Positions 58,777 to 64,000 of a stretch of DNA of 64,000 nt are shown in pieces (within the stretch, counting starts at the first letter, position 1; every line of letters starts with the position of its first letter). Below the pieces are notes generated by a model. That model was given only the letters and a program-made list of their open reading frames with translations. It ran no database searches and had not been told where the DNA came from. Position numbers and translations under genes: made by a program. Source of the stretch: a virus; the IMG/VR virus record IMGVR_UViG_3300010399_000004, positions 1 to 64,000 of that record. The stretch is one strand, 5' to 3'.

Positions 58777-59151
58777 ATGATTGATAATATATCTCACCTT
58801 TGGACGGTTCTCCATGTAAAGGCTGCGGGTTGGTTAGATGTTCCGGAGTCGGAGGATATTTTAGAGATGCAACAATGGTTGATCTACTTTGAGAGTAAGT
58901 TTCCTGTCGGCTGTCCATGTAAAAAAGAATGGCGGGAAGCCATCGAATTATGCCCACCTCCTTTACAGGAAGGGCGGGAAGCTTTTTTCCAATGGACTAT
59001 AGCGTTACATGATCGAATCAATGTTCTGTTGGGGAAACCGATTTGGGTAGAAACTTCAAAGCAACATATTCTTTTGACTTCTCTATTTGCTGACCCCCGA
59101 TTTGCGCATAGAGAAGCAGACTCGGCGGTGCATAAAGAAATTGGGATTTGA
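58777..59151 (+). CDS. Erv1/Alr-family FAD sulfhydryl-oxidase-like protein
   Basis: LWTVLH...FPVGCPCKKEW...REAFFQWTIALHDRINVLLGKP matches the W..LH / C / W....H...N..LGKP signature. Confidence 0.78.
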   Translation: MIDNISHLWTVLHVKAAGWLDVPESEDILEMQQWLIYFESKFPVGCPCKKEWREAIELCPPPLQEGREAFFQWTIALHDRINVLLGKPIWVETSKQHILLTSLFADPRFAHREADSAVHKEIGI

Positions 59152-59186
59152 CGCCCCGCCTTCCCGTTGTAGGATGCTTAAACAAA

Positions 59187-59489
59187 ATGGCATTCTTTAA
59201 TTCACTTTCTGCGGCCATTACGGCGGTTGCCAACGCCCTTGCAGCCCGCGAGCATAATGTATCATTGAGAATGTTAACTGAAATTGGAAATTCTTTATAT
59301 GAAGCCAAAAAGGAAATACTCAATCTTCATGATGGTGCTGCTAATGAGCGGGATATTGATCTTGCAGAGTTGCGCCTCCAAGCTCTCGAAGAGCAAGAGC
59401 GACGCATTCTCTCCGCCGCCGCCCGCACCGCGTCTGTTGACGCTCCCGGAGTCGTTCCGCCCAAAGCCATACCAGTCAGTGATCAGTGA
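59187..59489 (+). CDS. Probable inner-membrane spanin
   Basis: Weakly hydrophobic N-terminus and coiled coil; overlaps a lipoprotein gene. Confidence 0.5.
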   Translation: MAFFNSLSAAITAVANALAAREHNVSLRMLTEIGNSLYEAKKEILNLHDGAANERDIDLAELRLQALEEQERRILSAAARTASVDAPGVVPPKAIPVSDQ

Positions 59490-59577
59490 AGAAGGGGAGT
59501 GGATAACGCAGCCGGGAGAAGTTTGGTGGAGCCACAAGGCCTACATGGATCAGGTTGCTAAAAGATTCATTCCCTGA
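59299..59577 (+). CDS. Outer-membrane lipoprotein, probable o-spanin
   Basis: MKPKRKYSIFMMVLLMSGILILQS-C lipobox; Pro-rich; overlaps the previous gene in another frame. Confidence 0.6.
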   Translation: MKPKRKYSIFMMVLLMSGILILQSCASKLSKSKSDAFSPPPPAPRLLTLPESFRPKPYQSVISEEGEWITQPGEVWWSHKAYMDQVAKRFIP

Positions 59578-59631
59578 GTGATTGACTTTATCCCCCGCGG
59601 AATGTAATCTCGGTTTGAAAACTTTTCAAAC

Positions 59632-59757
59632 ATGAATGCCAATGCTTTGACCCTGGAAGAATTGAATACGAGCGTAGCTGCTGGCAATGAACCGGAAGCC
59701 AACGACTCTATTGCCGTCCTGCTGGCTAAACTGATAAATGCTCTTCTTGCCGTATGA
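59632..59757 (+). CDS. 41-aa peptide paralogous to the N-terminus of the next gene
   Basis: Manual translation MNANALTLEELNTSVAAGNEPEANDSIAVLLAKLINALLAV; ATGA-coupled to the next gene. Confidence 0.65.
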   Translation: MNANALTLEELNTSVAAGNEPEANDSIAVLLAKLINALLAV

Positions 59758-60185
59758 ATCACCTTACCGCAAATGAATTGGCTACGCAGGTAGAGACTAA
59801 TGCTACCCCGCAAGCGCTGGATTCTATACCCGTTCTTTTGGGGAAAGTATTGCTTGCAGTTGCAGAAATTGAAACTGCCTCCCCTTCCTGGGATGATCAG
59901 GAAATAACTACCCTTGCGGCAGTTAATCAAGGCGATCCAATTACTGCTACGGGATTGTCTCATACCCCTATCGGAAGGATTGATGTATATAATACCGGGG
60001 GTCAACGGTGGAGAATAGGGGATGGGGTAAAAACCAAAGATATTTACTTTTCAGGAAATGGAGGGACAACAGCCCGCGCTCATGCGGCTATTGTTTTGGG
60101 GGATATTCCATATCTCGGAACAACAGGAGCAGACGCTGGCGGGGTCCCTTCCGGAGAAGCAATTTCAATATGTTACAATCAATGA
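59754..60185 (+). CDS. Putative virion fibre-associated protein
   Basis: LTANEL...ALDSIPVLLGK, then a Gly-rich beta region. Confidence 0.6.
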   Translation: MNHLTANELATQVETNATPQALDSIPVLLGKVLLAVAEIETASPSWDDQEITTLAAVNQGDPITATGLSHTPIGRIDVYNTGGQRWRIGDGVKTKDIYFSGNGGTTARAHAAIVLGDIPYLGTTGADAGGVPSGEAISICYNQ

Positions 60186-63082
60186 AAAACGCGCGTAAGT
60201 TTATTTTTCTTTTTTTATTAACGACTTCTGTTGTATTTGGGCAGCAGACTGTCACAGGTAATAAGCTACAGATAGGTTCTGGAGCCAGTAGTATCGCTGG
60301 AAATATAACTTTTGGCGGGAGTGCTAATATCGGCGGAGTTGAGATTCTGAGCGATACCGCTGTTATTTCCTATCATCGACCAACAGAGGACACCAATGCA
60401 GCCCGCGGAACTGCAATACTGGCAGCGGCAGCAGCCGCCACATCCGGTCAGACGATCAGGGTCGGCCCTGGCACGTTCTCTCTCGTCAACGATGTCCTTG
60501 TCCTCGCGGACGGCGTCAATCTTTCGATGGACCCGGCGACGGTCATCACGTCCGATCATGATAATTTTTTGGGCGTGGACGCTGTGATTCTCGCCCCCGG
60601 CACCGGGTCCGTGATTACTGGCGGAACCCTTCAGGGGACCGGACAAGTCGGCGCTTATCAGGCGCCAATCGGAGTGTTTAGTGGGGCAGCAAAGACGGGA
60701 GTGAAGGTGATTGGAACCAAATTCATCGCCGACACGGATGGGCTTTATATTGTTATCGCCGGGTCAACCTTCGAGCTTTGGAACTGCGTATTCGAGCAGA
60801 AGTATGACTCCATCGTTTCCAGCGGCGCGGCAACAATGGTGACGTGTCATAGCTGCAAGATCACTATCGCCGGGCCGTCATTGGCTGGCACGGGCGAGTC
60901 CCGCGGTATTCAGGCGCTGGCAGGTGGCGGCATTCGCTACTACGGCGGCAGCATCACTGTCAACGACGGGGGTAACGACACGAACGCGTGCGTCAGAACG
61001 ACGGGGGCAAATTCGACAATTGAACTACACGACGTAGCGCTGCGTCAAAGCAATGCAAGTGAGCCCCTCGCCAGCAACTTCGACATACTGGTTCTCGCGA
61101 CCGGATCGCCATCAGTAAAGGTTTTTGGGGGCTCTGGCAGCAACACGGACGGCAGCTACATGACCAGCGGGACGGTGGTCCTGAACAGCGAGACGTTCTC
61201 TAAAGTAGGCGTCGGGCTGTCAGGAACCGATGCGGTAACTAACTTGACCGTGGGCGACACGGTTACAACAAGTCCGCGCGGGATCATGTCATGGCAGTCG
61301 AACACCGGCACGGATGGCGCTCGGCTGCACCTGCGCAAGTCCCGTGGATCATTTTCAGGCCCGACGACCGTATTGACGGGGGATACACTCGGCCGCCTTA
61401 TTGCATCCGGCTTCGTGGGAGCTACGAACGGATTCATCGAGATGGCGTCCATCGACATGAAGGCGGCAGGGACTGTGGCTGACACTTCAACGGGGCGGCT
61501 ACCGACGGACATGGAATTTTGGACGGCGACGAACGCCAGCCCATCGGTGTTGACGAAAAGGCTAACGATTGACAGCGCGGGGCTTTCGACGTTCACGGGC
61601 GGCGTTTCTTGCACGACGCTCTCCGCGAGCGGGGTGGTGACGCTCAGTTCAACATTGGGTATGGGCGGCACCGCCATAACCTTTGGCGCGCTGCCGTCCG
61701 GAGCCACTACTGCCGGTGCGCTCGCGACGTATGCGGCGCAGACCTATACTGTTACAGGGACTAATACAGCCACTGCGTTTCAAGCTATTTATCATGGCGT
61801 CCCGACATTTACGGACGCGTCAGCAGGAACAGTGACGGACTTATTTAGTGAAGTGTGGGCAGGGCCAGCCGCGGTCGCGGGATCGCTTGTCGGCACCCGC
61901 AAGCACACACTTGGAATCGTCGATTCCACGGCGGCGACGTCTCCTATCACGGGTGCGCTTGTGGTTGCCGCGACCCTCGGCACTCAAGCAACCTCCGTCG
62001 GAATCGGGGGTGGCAATATTCAGGCGGGGGGCTCGATTTTGGCGAACGGAGATATTAACGCGGGATCGGGCAGGGCCATTTATTGGGGGGGTGGGGCCAG
62101 TATGATTTCCTCGGTTAACAGTAAAATAAAAACAGGCAGTAATAACGGAACGACTGGCGTGACGTGGGATTATTCCACCGACGGCACGGCGAAGCTGCGC
62201 AATTATGCCGACAACGCAGATGGCAACCTTACCGCCGCCGCCGGCACGTTCAGCGGTGTGATCGGACTCGCAAATGGCTCGGTTACTTCTCCGGCAGTGG
62301 CACCGACCAGCGATCCGGACACAGGATTTTACTGGACTAACTCGGGGTATTGGGATTTTACTTCAAATGGGGTGGCTGCGACGGAGTTTGGGTCGCGGGG
62401 AGATAACATTCGTCTTGGGAGCACCGGCACCATAGGATTCGTGTCAAATGTGAGCCCGCTTATCGGATCGGCGGATACAAACTTATCTCGCATTTCTGCT
62501 GGGGTTATTGGCATTGGCACTGGCGCGCCCGGCAGCACTGCCGGAGGCATTTCTACGGCGACGGGAACGTTCAGCGGTTCTGTTTCGGTTGTCCCCGGCA
62601 CTGCCGCCGACACAGCCAAAGTCGGAGGCGTCCTGTCCACCATCACCACCGGAGTTGGCAACAACGGCGCAGGGGAAGACGACCTCATCACCTATTCAGT
62701 TCCTGCCAACTCACTGGCAGTGGATGGTGATTACATCGAATTTTCCGGCGCGGGCGTGATTGCTTCCAGTGTCAACGCCAAGCGGGTTAAGATTTACTTT
62801 GGGGCCGCTGTCATCTTTGACACCGGGGCCGCCGGCATCCCCATCAGCGCAGCGATTGATTTTACCGTCACAGGGAAAATCTTTCGGACCGGAGCGGCGA
62901 CGCAGAAATGCATGTGCCACATGAACACGAACAACGCCACGCTGGCCAGCTACGCGGATTACTCTACGGCGGCGGAAACGCTGTCTGGGGCAGTTACCTT
63001 CAAGGCCACCGGGGAGGCGGTGGCGACCGACGATGTGAGGCTGGAGCTTTTGACTGTTAGTTGGAAACCGAACAATTCATGA
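60182..63082 (+). CDS. Tail spike/fibre-like protein with beta-helix region and N-terminal signal peptide
   Basis: MKNARKFIFLFLLTTSVVFG-QQ; AATSGQTIRVGPGTF beta-helix cap; G/T/S/A-rich; ANGSVTSPAV...DPDTGFY fibre motif. Confidence 0.7.
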   Translation: MKNARKFIFLFLLTTSVVFGQQTVTGNKLQIGSGASSIAGNITFGGSANIGGVEILSDTAVISYHRPTEDTNAARGTAILAAAAAATSGQTIRVGPGTFSLVNDVLVLADGVNLSMDPATVITSDHDNFLGVDAVILAPGTGSVITGGTLQGTGQVGAYQAPIGVFSGAAKTGVKVIGTKFIADTDGLYIVIAGSTFELWNCVFEQKYDSIVSSGAATMVTCHSCKITIAGPSLAGTGESRGIQALAGGGIRYYGGSITVNDGGNDTNACVRTTGANSTIELHDVALRQSNASEPLASNFDILVLATGSPSVKVFGGSGSNTDGSYMTSGTVVLNSETFSKVGVGLSGTDAVTNLTVGDTVTTSPRGIMSWQSNTGTDGARLHLRKSRGSFSGPTTVLTGDTLGRLIASGFVGATNGFIEMASIDMKAAGTVADTSTGRLPTDMEFWTATNASPSVLTKRLTIDSAGLSTFTGGVSCTTLSASGVVTLSSTLGMGGTAITFGALPSGATTAGALATYAAQTYTVTGTNTATAFQAIYHGVPTFTDASAGTVTDLFSEVWAGPAAVAGSLVGTRKHTLGIVDSTAATSPITGALVVAATLGTQATSVGIGGGNIQAGGSILANGDINAGSGRAIYWGGGASMISSVNSKIKTGSNNGTTGVTWDYSTDGTAKLRNYADNADGNLTAAAGTFSGVIGLANGSVTSPAVAPTSDPDTGFYWTNSGYWDFTSNGVAATEFGSRGDNIRLGSTGTIGFVSNVSPLIGSADTNLSRISAGVIGIGTGAPGSTAGGISTATGTFSGSVSVVPGTAADTAKVGGVLSTITTGVGNNGAGEDDLITYSVPANSLAVDGDYIEFSGAGVIASSVNAKRVKIYFGAAVIFDTGAAGIPISAAIDFTVTGKIFRTGAATQKCMCHMNTNNATLASYADYSTAAETLSGAVTFKATGEAVATDDVRLELLTVSWKPNNS

Positions 63083-63903
63083 CAACCACCCGCAAACACT
63101 GGACTCTCTTTTGGCTCGCTTGGGCCGCGTGGCTCATCGCGAGCGTGACACTCTCGCGAGGCTCTGATATCGTGATCGAATACGACGATCCGGGGAACGT
63201 GCTCACCCTGGAGCAGAAGCAGAAGATCGGGACCGCAGCGTCACTGTGGGACCATGTTTTGCTGGACAACGGGCTCACCGGACCCTCGTCCGTTATTACG
63301 TTCAAGATCAAACCGGAGCCGCTGCCGGGCGGACTGGCGTGGACACCAGTTTCCAAGTATGCCGAGAACTCCCGCGGCATCGTCACTGTGGACGGACAAT
63401 ATCCGATCATCGTAATGGTCAACACGAATGCCGCCCCGGCAACGTGGGACCCGTTTTACACCGCAATCGTTCTGTTCCACGAATTTGGCCACGGACTCGG
63501 TTTTGGAGTCGGCGGGTGGAAGTCCAACGGATACGTTGATGGCTACATGACCACTGTCGGCGGCATCCCGACGTTCGTGTTGAACAACCGCTACGTCGGC
63601 CCGGCACTGGCCACTTACCGTGCTGAGCGAGATCCTCTGGCAGAGTGGATTCCGATGGCGGATGACCACTATAAAGAGCCACCGTGGCTCGGGGCGACAA
63701 ACACCGATCCGTGGTATTACGAAATCATGACGACGGGGATTTCCTCGTCAGGCTGGATGAATACGTTTATTGATCCGACTACGTGGGCCGTTGCTGGCGA
63801 CAACGGATGGACGCTGAATTCCAATCCGCCAACAGGACGGATCATTGACATGCTTAAAATCCGCCGATGGAAGGACGAGGATATAGTTATAATTTCACAA
63901 TAA
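63079..63903 (+). CDS. Exported zinc metallopeptidase
   Basis: Signal-like N-terminus; VLFHEFGHGLGF...DHY...EIMT (leishmanolysin/M8-like spacing). Confidence 0.75.
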   Translation: MTTTRKHWTLFWLAWAAWLIASVTLSRGSDIVIEYDDPGNVLTLEQKQKIGTAASLWDHVLLDNGLTGPSSVITFKIKPEPLPGGLAWTPVSKYAENSRGIVTVDGQYPIIVMVNTNAAPATWDPFYTAIVLFHEFGHGLGFGVGGWKSNGYVDGYMTTVGGIPTFVLNNRYVGPALATYRAERDPLAEWIPMADDHYKEPPWLGATNTDPWYYEIMTTGISSSGWMNTFIDPTTWAVAGDNGWTLNSNPPTGRIIDMLKIRRWKDEDIVIISQ

Positions 63904-63904
63904 T

Positions 63905-64000
63905 ATGAAATCTCTTTTTATTAAACTTCTCACAGGCCACGGAGGACGAATCAAATCTGCTTTAACGGCGGGACTCGTATGGTTGATTACCTGGACTATA
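63905..64000 (+). CDS. Start of a membrane protein (possible holin), truncated by window edge
   Basis: MKSLFIKLLTGHGGRIKSALTAGLVWLITWTI... Confidence 0.4.
   Translation, partial: MKSLFIKLLTGHGGRIKSALTAGLVWLITWTI

Larger units (their letters stand above)
212..59630. repeat. Dispersed 17-bp perfect palindrome TTTGAAAA(C/G)TTTTCAAA, 26 exact copies plus variants
   Basis: Exact copies start at 212, 3549, 5752, 8096, 11396, 13270, 15623, 17612, 19456, 21142, 22575, 24292, 24561, 26940, 27876, 29108, 31645, 35013, 39228, 40697, 44794, 47420, 50184, 52686, 53694 and 59614. Near copies start at 1797, 9632, 9929, 17156, 43599 and 53136; more degenerate ones are near 10902 and 37015. Counted by eye. 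Confidence 0.97.

Noticed and set aside
58777-59577. Erv1-like oxidase serving the adjacent spanins
   Set aside because: From their likely starts the spanin candidates have no Cys other than the lipobox Cys, so they are unlikely substrates.
212-59630. 17-bp palindrome as a CRISPR repeat, transposon end or intrinsic terminator
   Set aside because: Copies are kilobases apart with genes between them, and there is no transposase or target duplication. An AT-only stem with a 1-nt loop is a poor terminator, many copies are intragenic, and the real terminators here are GC-rich hairpins.

Overview
A 64-kb internal segment of a tailed dsDNA bacteriophage genome (HK97-type head, long non-contractile tail), almost all on the + strand. 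Gene order: (1) replication/recombination, 1-9.5 kb: primase end, SSB-like, SF2 helicase, RecA, HNH-like, Hjc-like, Cas4-like, RuvC. (2) Accessory region of small genes, 9.6-31.6 kb, including a type IB topoisomerase and RNase H. (3) TerS and a TerL carrying a class-3-type intein. (4) A 7-deazaguanine DNA-modification cluster: ParB-like, two tandem DpdA/TGT-like genes, queC, DUF6884-like, queD, queE, folE. (5) Portal, head and tail genes, including a -1 frameshifted tail chaperone and the tape measure, then an Erv1/Alr-like thiol oxidase, overlapping spanins and signal-peptide-bearing fibre and peptidase genes. The most striking signal that gene content does not explain is a perfect 17-bp palindrome, TTTGAAAA(C/G)TTTTCAAA. 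It has 26 exact copies plus several variants, mostly 1-3 kb apart, found on stop codons, beside promoters and inside conserved genes. Seven copies of a repeated promoter cassette are also present. The first DpdA-like gene carries repeated PxxRLA modules, and the last one is put out of frame by a (CA)7 tract. All family calls come from motifs recognised by eye; no database searches were run.
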